Assembly (NCBI GenBank): GCA_010909165.1
Contig: VJWM01000025.1
Location: 1,550,001 to 1,614,000, forward strand
Direction: 5' to 3'
Length of the DNA stretch: 64,000 bases
Source: Anthoceros angustus
Lineage: Eukaryota > Plantae > Anthocerotophyta
Below the pieces are notes generated by a model that ran no database searches, was not told the origin of the DNA, and saw nothing but the letters and a program-made list of their open reading frames with translations. Made by a program: the position numbers and the translations under genes. Every line of letters begins with the position of its first letter. Within the stretch, counting starts at the first letter, position 1. This document shows positions 1 to 15,424 of the stretch, piece after piece.

Positions 1-140
1 AACAGCTTGAACCTGCTGCACCAACGAGTGACCAAGAGACATGCAGGAAGAGAGTGGGATGGCCTACTTGAGCTCCTCAACGTTCAAGAACCGTGGAGCT
101 GGTCTCAAAGTCTTGTTTTTGTCCCTGTCATCTCTATCAC
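1..140 (-). pseudogene. SPT5: SPT5 gene fragment (unit copy 0; KOW1-proximal exon plus intron)
   Basis: Near-identical to 25784-25925; minus strand reads [25 protein letters not shown] followed by a GT intron. Confidence 0.75.
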
Positions 141-195
141 CCTGCACGTCAATTGACGGAACCCCACTTTCAGTGAAAGATGGTTATGTACCATG

Positions 196-2664
196 ATATG
201 TGGTACATGTACTGGGGAGCCTTCACGCTTGCCCTTCTTGATGGCTACCGCTGTGCCATCGGCGAGCTTGCCACGGTACACTGTGCCGAAGCCGCCGGCT
301 CCGATCTGGGCCGAGTCCGAGAAGTTGGAGGTGGCGGGAGTTCCCCAAGGGCATCACCGTCACCGTTTGCCTCTCGAGCAGCGTGGCGATCAAGTCCGCA
401 TCTTGCTGGTGCTTTTGGAATACACTCTCCATCTCCAGAGGGAGAACAAACAACTGGCCGCGCAAACCAATACAGCGGAAACCACTATTGCCACAACCAC
501 CCACAGGTTGATACCATGGCCAGCAGGCGCAGCAGGTTGATTCCTGCATGGCGGAAGAGGTTCGCCGCAGAGGCCCGGATTGTCGGCGAAGAAGGTGGCG
601 TTACTGAGATCCGGACGCAGGCCACCTGGGATGGGTCCTGAGAGATTGTTGCCGGACAGATTGATGGTTCTCAGGTTAGGCAATGCAAAGAAAAGCTTAC
701 CAGGTATTTCTCCTGACAGATTGTTGTGGCTAAGGTCCAAGACTTGCAGAGTGAGAGGAAAGCTGTCTGGAATGGGGCCGGACAGCTTGCTGTGGGATGC
801 GTTGAAGTGCAGCAAGCTCGGCAGACCTGTGAAAAGCTCAGCCGGCATCGTTCCTCCAAATTGGTGTTGCTCAGATCCAACACGCCGAGAGTGATGGGTA
901 ACCTTCCGGGAATGAGGCCAGATAATCTGTTGTTGGACAGGTTGAGGAAGGTCAAATTGGGCATGGAAAGATAGAAAAGCTGGTCCGGCACTGTTCCGCT
1001 CAAGTTGCAAGATGCAAGATCCAAGATCTGGAAGGAGTCCAGACTCGTTGGCCTGGAACAATTGAGGCTGTCCGGCAATGGTATGCCCATGAGATCGCTA
1101 CCCCAGACGAAGTTCCTCCAGCGGGGGACATCAGAAAAAGGTCGGCACAAAATCTCCAGCATACTCTGCAAAGGATTGGGGAACTCCTCGGAATGTGTCA
1201 TGTTGAAATCGTGGCTCAAGTCCCAAACTGGCCTGACCGCCAGGTCCTCGTCCGAGAGGAAGTTGGTGAGGTCCCAGTGAATCGGTTGCCTTGCACTCGG
1301 ATACTGGTGGAAATCGCCTGAGAATGTTGCCGAGAACTTTGATGAAGTCACCTGACAGTTGGTTGTTTTGAAGCCACAGAACCGGGATATAATCGTCCCA
1401 GCCTGAGGCGAAGTGGAAGGAAGAGAGCCATTCAGCTGATTGTGACTCAGATCCAGGGTAAATATTGGAGATACGAATCCACCTGGAGGGTCGGGTATGC
1501 TGCCAATCAGAGAATTGCTGGAGAGATTCAAATGCGACAGCCCTGCACCATATAGGAAAGTGGCAGGAATGCTGCCATTCAGCTCATTTCCAGACAGATC
1601 CACCCATCCAGCCAATTGCGCCGTGAAATCCGGAGGGATGGGGCCAGACAAGTTGTTGTGGGACAGGTCCACGTAAGTCAGGTTTGGCAACAAGGACGGG
1701 ATGTGGCCTTGCAGATCGTTCCATGACAGGTCCAACACCTGAAGACTGGGAAAATTGATGCCTGCGAACTCCGGTAACTGTCCCCAATTTGGTTCCGGAA
1801 AGGTTCACCCGTTGCAGAGCAGAATGAATCTGGAAGAAGGAACTGGTGAAGTTTGTGAAGCTGTTTTGGGCTGCATCCAGGAATCGCAGGGTTGGGGCAG
1901 AGGGCACCTCCCGCTCAAATTGCTGGTGAGAGAGACATGGGCGAGGCGTGTTAGCCCTTCCAAACTGGGACGCTTCCGTTCAAGAAGTTATCAGACAGAT
2001 CCAGGCTCACGAGTTTGGTGAGACTGCTCAATTCCTCAGGGAAGCCTCCAACCAGTTCACTGTCAGCAAGAGACAAACCCGTAGCCTCCGACAGCCCCCG
2101 AAGTTGAGAACCGTCGTCACAGACCCATGCCTGGGTGGCAAGCCCTGTCCGCATAGAGGTAATGGAGGTTGGGGACCTGCGCTCAAAGAGTTTCTGGTGT
2201 CCCAACTTCCGGAAACGTCCAGCCATGTCAGCCCAGACAACAACTCAAGATCATTATACCGATTTACCATCATATCGGAGTTGGACGACAGGTCCAACTC
2301 GGAGGCTTCCCAGACCACCAACTGGTAGAGTGCGGTACCCACCGACAGGGAGCAAGCGGAGAAGTCGAGGCTGAGCACAGCGGACTGAATCGCACAGCAC
2401 CCGAATCCAACCACACGGCGTATCGTCGCTAGCGTTCCAGCTCCTGAAGTCGGCCTCACACCCCTAGAAACCCCTGGTTTTCCGTAAAATTCAACAGGAC
2501 CTGTCCATCGCGGGAGAGCTCAGCACCGACGTTGCTTCCGAATCGGCATAGGAGCAAACTGCACATCATGAGTGCCACGCATATCCCCAAGCTAAGGCTC
2601 GCACCACCCCGCCAAAACTGGTGATCCACAAGCCGCCCTACCCTAACCTGCAGTGCAGAGGCCC
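196..2664 (-). pseudogene. LRR-RLK copy 0a, kinase mostly deleted and extreme N-terminus missing
   Basis: ORFs 390-1061, 671-1738 and 2028-2459 carry LRR and TM segments nearly identical to copy 2 (27360-29850). Junctions at ~190 (TGGTACATG) and ~2660 (GCAGAGGCC). Confidence 0.8.
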
Positions 2665-3746
2665 GGATTGTCGGCGAAGAAGGTGGCGTTACTGAGATCC
2701 GGACGCAGGCCACCTGGGATGGGTCCTGAGATTGTTGCCGGACAGATTGATGGTTCTCAGGTTAGGCAATGCAAAGAAAAGCTTACCAGGTATTTCTCCT
2801 GACAGATTGTTGTGGCTAAGGTCCAAGACTTGCAGAGTGAGAGGAAAGCTGTCTGGAATGGGGCCGGACAGCTTGCTGTGGGATGCGTTGAAGTGCAGCA
2901 AGCTCGGCAGACCTGTGAAAAGCTCAGCCGGCATCGTTCCTCCAAATTGGTGTTGCTCAGATCCAACACGCCGAGAGTGATGGGTAACCTTCCGGGAGGC
3001 CAGATAATCTGTTGTTGGACAGGTTGAGGAAGGTCAAATTGGGCATGGAAAGATAGAAAAGCTGGTCCGGCACTGTTCCGCTCAAGTTGCAAGATGCAAG
3101 ATCCAAGATCTGGAAGGAGTCCAGACTCGTTGGCCTGGAACAATTGAGGCTGTCCGGCAATGGTATGCCCATGAGATCGCTACCCGCTAGACGAAGTTCC
3201 TCCAGCGGGGGGACATCAGAAAAAAGGTCGGCACAAAATCTCTCCAGCATACTCTGCAAAGGATTGGGGAACTCCTCGGAATGTGTCATGTTGAAATCGT
3301 TGTGGCTCAAGTCCCAAACTGGCCCGACCGCCAGGTCCTCGTCCGAGAGGAAGTTGGTGAGGTCCCCAGTGAATCGGTTGCCTTGCACTCGGATACTGGT
3401 GGAAATCGCCCGAGAAATGTTGCCGAGAACTTTGATGAAGTCACCTGACAGTTGGTTGTTTTGAAGCCACAGAACTGGATATAATCGTCCAGCCTGAGGC
3501 GAAGTGGGAAGGAAGAGAGCCATTCAGCTGATTGTGACTCAGATCCAGGGTAAATATTGGAGATACGAATCCACCTGGAGGGTCGGGTATGCTGCCAATC
3601 AGAGAATTGCTGGAGAGATTCAAATGCGACAGCCTGCACCATATAGGAAAGTGGCAGGAATGCTGCCATTCAGCTCATTTCCAGACAGATCCACCCATCC
3701 AGCCAATTGCGCCGTGAAATCCGGAGGGATGGGGCCAGACAAGTTG
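2656..3746 (-). pseudogene. LRR-RLK internal duplicate (copy 0b), LRR segment only
   Basis: Repeats 563-~1660; ORFs 2689-2934 and 2957-3523 are LRRs. Ends at AGACAAGTTG joined to the unit boundary sequence. Confidence 0.8.
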
Positions 3747-3762
3747 AGGCCAGAAAAACCAA

Positions 3763-5643
3763 GGTGGATTCACACTATAACCGGTCTTGACTGACCCGTC
3801 AGTGCCGCTTCACGGCCTTGTTTTAAGTGGTGACCCGTTCGACCTCCCTTGGCATTCACAGATCACCGGTGGTATTGGCGAGTGGTCAGCACGAGTTTAG
3901 GATAGAGTTTACCTGTTTCATGAAAATTATTTAAATTATTACCGTATCTGAGGGCGATTCGGTGTTAATTAATTAAAGTTGAAAATTCAGAAATTATTAT
4001 ACTAAAATATTGAATGTATAAAAATTAATGAGTTTAAGATGCCAAAAACCAAGGGAATTAGATTTTGTGTGAAAATTAGGTTTTTAGGAGGTCTATATAT
4101 CCATTAGTTTTATATAGATACCTTTGTATTTTAATAAATGTTAAATTTTGATAGAATTATTTTATAAATATAGAAATTTTGAGAAATACAAATATTTATG
4201 TTGAACCTTAGTGTTTTTCAAAATAATTATCTCGGCATTATCCTGTTGAACCACCCCGAGGTAGGTATTCTATTTTTCTCCCCAAAACTTTTTCACGTTG
4301 TATATCCTGTACATGTGTCGTTATAAGGCACTTTGTCATGCACTTGCTTTTTCTTTCTTCTTGGTAGCTTCGAAAGCCTTCTTCTTATGCGTATTTCAAA
4401 TACCGCCCTTTTAGAGTTGTGGTGTGGAGCGGATTGGAAAAGAGCTTGGTGAAAATTATCATGGCACACAATGATGAGGTACATTTTTAAAACAATATTT
4501 GTATTAACGTATATTATTCAGGTATTGATATTTTTTTAATTTATTGATCTATGTAGGCACTTAATGACACCATACATTTAGGGTTAGCAATATTGTGTGT
4601 TATGGAGATCATATCCTCCACCCATATGAGAATGATGATAGGAGTTGCCGCAGAATGATTCAATTAAAGCGAGACGAAAAGAGAGACCATCCCGGATACA
4701 CGAACTCAATGGGCATGGAAAGGAGCCATATATTTGGAGACACTAGCAGATACAATGACAAGATGTTCAAGCATCGAATTGAGTGAACAAGGCCACCTTT
4801 CAACACATATGTTGAAGGGCACCACTATTTGCAAGACAAGATAATACTTTTGGAAGGTCAGGTTGGACAAAGAGTGCGAATGGCACTCTTCAAACTATCT
4901 AGTGGGAGAGATTGTACGCAGTGATTTGTTTGGGTACAAATTCTACATCATGTAAAGCAACGCTTTTATTTTGTAATGCACGACGCAAGATGACACTTAC
5001 ATCCCGTGGACTAACAAGCGTGAATGGAGCAATATGCAAATGAAATGGCTCGTATGAGGGGTTGAATTTGGAGGTGGCATGAAAATTAGGGTGAGGCATG
5101 GAGAAAGGCATGAAACTAGGAGGCGTATGAAGCTAGGAGGAGGCATGGAACTTGAAGATGGAGGCAATCTAGGATGAGGAAGCGCTCACTTGTGGCGAGA
5201 AGTTAGGTTGCCTTCCAATAGCAACATCTCGACCAAGATAGGAGAGAAGAGACTCGACGAGGATCGAGCCCAATGGTCTATCAAGAGAGTAGAGGTGCGA
5301 TGGAAGCCTCTTCTCAACTGCAAGAATGGAAGAGTTTGGAACATGCAAGCGGAAGGGAAGCCCGCAAGGCTTCACGGAAATTCAACTCGACATTAGGAAG
5401 GGAGCAAGAGACCGGAAGTGTGTTGATTAAGGAAGTATAATTTGCATAATTATGGATCATGGTAACTTAAAAGGCGCGCAATTAGTTCATAAGGCTCACC
5501 ACCGGCATGTCGGGCCAGACCGCTTCACCCCTAGGTACAAATCGACACCATTTTTCGATGGACCGCTTGATAGTGTGAATGGACGCCATCTCCTCGACCT
5601 ATAGTATGCCTTGGGGTTTCGACTTACCACCGGTGAATCCACC
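3763..5643. mobile_element. Non-autonomous TIR element, PIF/Harbinger-like
   Basis: Inverted repeat GGTGGATTCAC (3763-3773) / GTGAATCCACC (5633-5643). Flanked by CAA (TAA in copies 2 and 3) and TAA. AT-rich interior with subterminal TTCAC motifs; no recognisable transposase. Confidence 0.5.
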
Positions 5644-6846
5644 TAAGTAGGTGGCCGATTCGACATTCTTCATTTGTAAATTTTAAAATTTATACATTAT
5701 GATATAATAATAAAAATATGAAATTTCAAATAAAATTAGTAAATAATATCTACTATATGGGATTAAAAAATGTGGTTGCATTTGCTCGGGACGTTCAGTA
5801 GCTCTAATCGGACATAGAGTTGCCTTAACCGGATTATGTGTGCCTCTAAACCTGGATAGACTACAAAGAAATTGAACGGGGTTCATCGTGCTCGACAAGC
5901 ACTTGTAATTGGGCAGCTGCCAAATGACGTTGTTGCAAGACGCTTTATCATTCGGAAACGATGTGAGGTATGGATGCGCAATTGCGGCTTGGCACTCCTC
6001 GCATCTCGATGCTCATGGCCTATTTGTCTTGCTTTCCTTGCTATGAGCTCATCCAATTTTACTTCTTCGCACCAAGCTTAGTAATGTCTTGGCCTCCTTC
6101 TCCCTCGATCTCGCCATAGCCTTCTCCATTGCTACTTTTGCCTTCCTCTCGCCCTTCTCAACCTTATCCTTTGTTTCCACTGCTTGCTTGGTGAGCTTGC
6201 TCAGTCTTTTCTCTTCCTTAGCCCTTCCCTTTGTACCTGCTTCCTATTCTATCAATTTTGTTTCAACAATTCCTTTGATGTTAACACGACAATAGACATG
6301 TATGCGAGCCTCTCGTGGTTTCGATCTATGGCAAGGGCTGGAAAGGTGTGAGAATTGCCTTCAACTAGGCAGATCATTGGATATAGCTACCGTACTCACC
6401 AGGGACGAGGAGACTATCCACTGCTCATGGTGTAGACATTGATGATCGTGTGCCTTGGAGTCTCTTGACGCAGTATTCTTCGTCCATGTCGTTGATTACC
6501 TCCAATTGCTTCTTCCTACTTCTTCATGTTCCCAAGATCCCGCCTCGCCTCCAAACACGCTAGTTCGGTTTGTAAGTTGTGAAAACTCTCACTGCTTCCT
6601 TGTCCCAGCCAATGTTGCTTCCTTATCCCACCTAATACCGGCATAGTGCTCTCCGCTTGAAGGAGCTTGATTATGATGAGGATCTCGAGATGTCTCTGTG
6701 ACAACGTATTTTGAACATATACGAACCTTGAGAGACTTGATGTCCGCTTCTCGGCTCGAGCCAATTGTAAATTTAGGTGTGTCTAGAATGGGGCCACCTA
6801 TTATGTTGGGCGTAGTGATGGGTTTGATGAGCCAAACACCGCATTG

Positions 6847-7300
6847 ATGTGAAAGCCACATCAAGCACTTGCTTGTGAAAGCCATACTAAGCACTTGCTT
6901 CAATGTGAAAGCCACATCAAACATCGCTCAATGTGGCTTTTGCTTCGTAAAGCCACATCAAACACTTGCTTCAATGTGAAAGCCACATCAAACACTTGCT
7001 TCCATGTGAAAGACACATCAAACACTTGCTTCCATGTGAAAGCCACATCAAACACTTGCTTCAATGTGAAAGCCACATTAAACACTTGCTTTCCGTGTGA
7101 AAGACACATCAAACACTTGCTTCCATGTGAAAGCTACATCAAACACTTGCTTCAATGTGAAAGCCACATTAAACACTTGCTTTCCGTGTGAAAGACACAT
7201 CAAACACTTGCTTCCATGTGAAAGCCACATCAAACACTTGCTTCTATGTGAAAGTCACATCAAACACTTGCTTCGATGTGAAATCCACATCAAAGACTTC
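6847..7300. repeat. 30-bp minisatellite (ATGTGAAAGCCACATCAAACACTTGCTTCN), ~15 units
   Basis: Direct tandem units seen in sequence; 10-aa periodic ORFs (CESHIKHLLR / VKATSNTCF). Confidence 0.95.
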
Positions 7301-7510
7301 CACAAAAGGACGGTCACAAAAGCAAAAAAGACGGTCACAAAAAAAAAAAGATGGTCACAAAAAGAAAAAGGAAGATCACAAAAGGAAAAAGGACGGTCAC
7401 CAAAGGAAAAAGGACGGTCTCAAAGGAAAAGGACGGTCACAAAAGAAAAAGATGGTCACAAAAGAAAAAGGTCACAAAAGAAAAAGGTCACAAAAGAAAA
7501 AGGACGACAA
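7301..7510. repeat. ~20-21-bp purine-rich minisatellite (AAAAAGACGGTCACAAAAGG-like)
   Basis: About 10 degenerate units of AAAAGGACGGTCAC. Confidence 0.9.
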
Positions 7511-7846
7511 TAGGGCATTGCCTTGACAACCACATTTACCTGTCCCTAGCCGCAACGAGCAACATGCGGCGCGCCGCGGATGCACACAGGTCGGGTGTGG
7601 ATACATACTATGGACCATGGTGGCTTTTATGGACATGAGGCGACGTGTACGCCCCTGCGCCGGAGCATTATTAAAGAGGCTTCGGAGATTCGTTGATGGG
7701 ATGCATCCAGACTCAGACCACCTTGACAAACCCCATGCTGAACGTACCCTATGGCATGGAGGATTCCGGCAGTGTATGGTTGAACCATGTCAGCAATACC
7801 ATTCGCTGACCTGTGGGGATGCTAGCTCAGGATGACTCCTGCAGAT

Positions 7847-8950
7847 GTGGTTCTCCGGAAGAACAAAATCCATTCACAAAATGGTGGACACGGTGAGCAT
7901 CTCTCATCTCCTATTTTTCGATCCGCTACAGGACTTTGATTCCAGAAGCCCGTAATGCCAATGCCAGCTTCTCAGAATGGCCACTTCACGCATCTTCCTC
8001 AGATACGCGCTTTAGCACCAAGTGCGTGTGTGGCACATGGCCTCCATCGTCCTTGCAACACACAATTCAAGCTGCTTAGCTTCTTCAAGGACATGTCGTC
8101 CCTGTCTTCTCCCACAGCGAATGTGTGCATCTGGCTGTTCACCTCAATCCACGCCCATGCAGCCTTCTTGAATGGACCTGACCTCTTTCCCAGGTTCTCT
8201 ACCCTCTCTACATCCTCCACATGCCAGCATCTGTGTACACATTTCCAAGTAGCACATATGCTGCTGCATTTTAGGTTCAAGTTTTATAAGTTGCTCAAAG
8301 CATCGACCCTCACGCTCAGGATCTCCATGGCTTTTGCACGCATTCAGCAAGGCTTTCCACCTCACAACATCATTCTCAAAGGGCATGGAGTACAACAACT
8401 TCCCTGCCTCATCCAGACGCCCCTGGCTCGCCCAAGGATGTTATCCATGCAAGCGCAGTGATAAACCCCAGATGAGATCCCGCCATGCTCCTGCACCATG
8501 CGTTCAAAATACTGCTGACCCTCATCCACCAGTCCAGCGTGTCTGCATGCCACGGAAGAGCGTGCATAAAGAGTCCAAGCTTCTTCACCAAGCCCTGGCT
8601 GAACAAAATCCTATGATCATGGTATTCCACGTCACCAAACTAGTTTCTGGCAGGCAGTCTGTCCAACACTCTGCAACAATCCTCTAAGCTACCACATTCT
8701 GCATACATGCCCACCACACTGGTACCAACAACCAAATCAGCTTCTAGACCTATTTCTTGTGGCTGAAAATGGGGCCCCTCCCCTGTATGTCACCAAGCCA
8801 GCACATGCATTCAGGAGGCAAACAAACGTGAAACTATCAGCAGGCATCCTCCAGGACAGCTCCTCAACGAATGGCCTCCAGTTGCATACATCTGGAAAGC
8901 CTAAGAGCTTCTTTGCCGAACCCTTGGTGTGCATGCCCTGCAATCAAGCC
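7847..8950 (-). pseudogene. PPR-E-DYW:KP-type editing factor remnant (copy 1)
   Basis: Broken frames give LIAGHAHQG, FENDVVRWKALLNACKSHG, KKAAWAWIEVNSQMHTFAVGE, GHSEKLALA and RDAHRVHHFVNGFCSSGEP. Confidence 0.8.
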
Positions 8951-11470
8951 ATACCCCACTGGGTCTGGCTCCAACAGCGGCTGAGACTCTATGAAGCTGT
9001 TAGGAAATCGGTGGTGCGTTTCGATGGGGTATTGGTGGCGTTCTCCGGGCCACCCCAGCTGTTCGAGTCCATTTTGCAGGGGGCAGAAGCTGGGGCTCTA
9101 CTCAGGTTCCAAGCTCTATCCCGCATTGGCGTCCGCATACCCTCATGAATGGGGGTTGCTGCGAGAAAAAGAATATCAGACCATGATCATACAAAGGCAA
9201 GGCTATGTCAACACAACTAGATTGATCATCACACTCACCTGATGGATCCATGGGAGAGTCATGAAGGAGCCTGGGTGCATGGGAGTTCTGGAAGGGTGCG
9301 TAGGTATTTCACCACCAAGTCCATATCTACAGGATTCCCTGCAAGGAAATGGCAGAGGGTTTATAAATACGCTTCTAACAAGAGATCCTTCCAAGCTACT
9401 GACTTGAGTCTGTCACAGGAGCACAGACCTGAAGGAGCTCGAAGCCATCGGCGTGTCACCAATGTCTGAGAGTTGATCTCTCCGCACTGCCACACGATCA
9501 GATGCAAGCTCAGACACAACATCCTAGATAGACAGCACCTCAGAAGCCGGCAGTTCAGAGTTGTGAACAATTGTTTGGACAAACACACACAAGGAGGACA
9601 CAAGGCATAACTGTACCCTCCTCCATTTGAGACTCTAGGTCAAATCGAACAGTGGTGTTTGTACATCCTTTACACGGCCTCGGTAACCTTTGGACCGCCC
9701 CAATCTTATTTGACTGTCCTCCCAAGTAGCCCCTCATCTCTTAGGGCGTGGCCCCATTTCGGCCACCATAACCTCCTCCAAACCCTGCAGTCAATTTTAT
9801 CTCAGCAACGTTGGTCTACCTACGAAACCCAGGAACATCACGGTGCCTGCAGAAGGCCAGTCAAACCTAACACTTTGAGGAAGGTACCGAGATGGAGGAT
9901 TTAGGTTGCTGAAGCTTGATGTGACCGCCTCTGCAAGATAGCCCAAGAACTTCCAAAGTTGCAGACACGTTGAATTGCATGCACATATAATCCCAATGCC
10001 TATCAATTCCAACCACCGTCGTCAAACCAAAACTTCAATGTAAAGAATTAAGGTCCATACACAGACTACCAATACTGTTTGCCCGACAGCCTCCGCATGC
10101 TGAACACACATAACAAAGGGCTTACCACTGCTTCATTCCCACTTATACCACCAAGTGCAACACACACTTGTGATCGCACACAAAAAAGCCACCATTCTCC
10201 AAGTGGTGACGGTCATATATAAATAGGATGATGCGGTTTACGTGCTCCACCGGCTCTGTCTACCCTGTACATCAGTTGCATCAGCTACACCAAGACTACC
10301 ATTTTGCTGACTGATGTCTACCAGAATTGAACATTCACAGCTTGTACTAGACAGAAGAAGTACCTTGCAGAGACCATCACGCACTCATACAATGTCCTTC
10401 ACACCGACAGTTGCTTGACTGCCCAACAGAACCAAACAATACTCGCATCACAGGATATTGAGTTTTGGTAATTACTGGAATGCATGAACAATATGATCTT
10501 ACTCCAGTAGAACAAGGTCATGTAGCTCATAATCCCCAACTTCGAAAGACCTGTTGTGACCTCTGAGACTACATCAGCTGTGAAAACTTGAAACTGTCAC
10601 AGCGTTACACAAGCACTGTTGGCTCCAAGACCAAAGTCCACATGCACGCACATAAGAACCCCACTGGTCCACAGCATCACTTACATCCTCCGCTGTGGTA
10701 TCATTCAGAAAAACCACTGGATGGTGGTTCACCTTACCACCTTTCCAGTAGATCCTAAACGAGCCCCTTTGATCACCTTTACATGATCTCCGGTCTTGAA
10801 GAATTAACGCACTTGTGACTCAGTCACCGCAATGGTTTCCTGTCACATCAACAAGTAGAGTGATATACTGTGTTAACCGATCTGCTACATCCTGCAGCTG
10901 AGTGAAACGAAAAAACAAAACTAGAGGACATCAATTACCTTCAGCGACAAATCCTCTGGACGGATATATACTGTGTCGTCATCAACCACCTTTTCCACAT
11001 TTCCCATCAACTTCTGCAAGTCTCCTTCGATAAGCACAACAGCATCCCCTTTCATGAGCTTGCCCCTACGCTTTGAGGACAATGCTGGTGGAAGCCCCAT
11101 TGCATGTATACTGCCATCTTCTCCACATTTCTGGGGTTTCTGCACAGCAAAAGTTGGGACCACATTGGTGTCCACACTCTTCAGAGAGACCATCTTGTAG
11201 AGGCAACCATCCTTGAAAGTCATCCCATTGAAAACATGAAGGAGTTCTCCCGTCGCTACGTCACGCCTATAGTCAACAGGGATTCTCATGTTTCTGTACA
11301 GCAGCAAAGGTTTGCATGAGGTTCGTACAACAGCTTGAACCTGCTGCACCAACGAGTGACCAAGAGACATGCAGGAAGAGAGTGGGATGGCCCACTTGAG
11401 GTCCTCAACGTTCAAGAACCGTGGAGCTGGTCTCAAAGTCTTGTTTTTGTCCTGTCATCTCTATCACCCT
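8950..11470 (-). pseudogene. SPT5: SPT5 genomic fragment (KOW1-KOW5 to start of CTR) with GT-AG introns (copy 1)
   Basis: FNGMTFKDG..VSLKSV, MKGDAVVLIEGDL, FKTGDHVKVI, LGDYELHDLVLL, HPSRTPMHP and MRTPMRDRAWN match plant SPT5. Contains stops and frameshifts. Confidence 0.85.
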
Positions 11471-11978
11471 GCACGTCAATTGACGGAACCCCACTTTCAG
11501 TGAAAAATGTTCATCTAATGGTCATGTACCATGATACGTGGTACATGAGCCAGGCGCTCAGCCCGCTTTCAGTGAGCTGTTTGAGCTCACATGTTTGCTC
11601 GGGTCCGGACGTACCCGGTACAACCATCCAAAACGAAAACACGAGAACCTTGTCAGCATGAGCCGTTCTGCAAAGACGTCTATGGAGGTAGCATTGCTGG
11701 CAGGATGAAACGTGAGAAGCACTTTTCGGTACAAGTTTTCTTTGACACCACTTCACCAGCACCTCAATTGAAAGACTCCAAGGGCAGCGCCAGTCAGCTA
11801 TGTACATACCTCTAACCATATAGCTATGAACATACCTCTGACACATTGCGGACGCAGGGGACCAAGACACATTGTACACATTATTGTGATCATATTCGCT
11901 GTCTGCATGATGCGGGCTGTTGTTGCAATCCATCAGTCCATCATGAGTCAACAGCGATTGGCTACTAGAATGTTGGAA

Positions 11979-15424
<3,446 letters not shown>

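Noticed and set aside
3771-5577. CACTA element from CACTATAACC ... GATAGTG
   Set aside because: Flanks (TCA/TGA) are not a direct 3-bp TSD and the inversion extends beyond CACTA. The outer GGTGGATTCAC/TAA ends fit better. A faint DUF4216-like reading at ~4900-5050 is too weak to call.
6847-7300. 30-bp repeats as a CRISPR array
   Set aside because: Units are head-to-tail with no unique spacers, there are no cas genes, and the context is eukaryotic.
6895-7638. ORFs with CESHIKHLL or Lys-rich repeats as real proteins
   Set aside because: They are by-products of stop-free minisatellites, and frames and lengths differ among copies.
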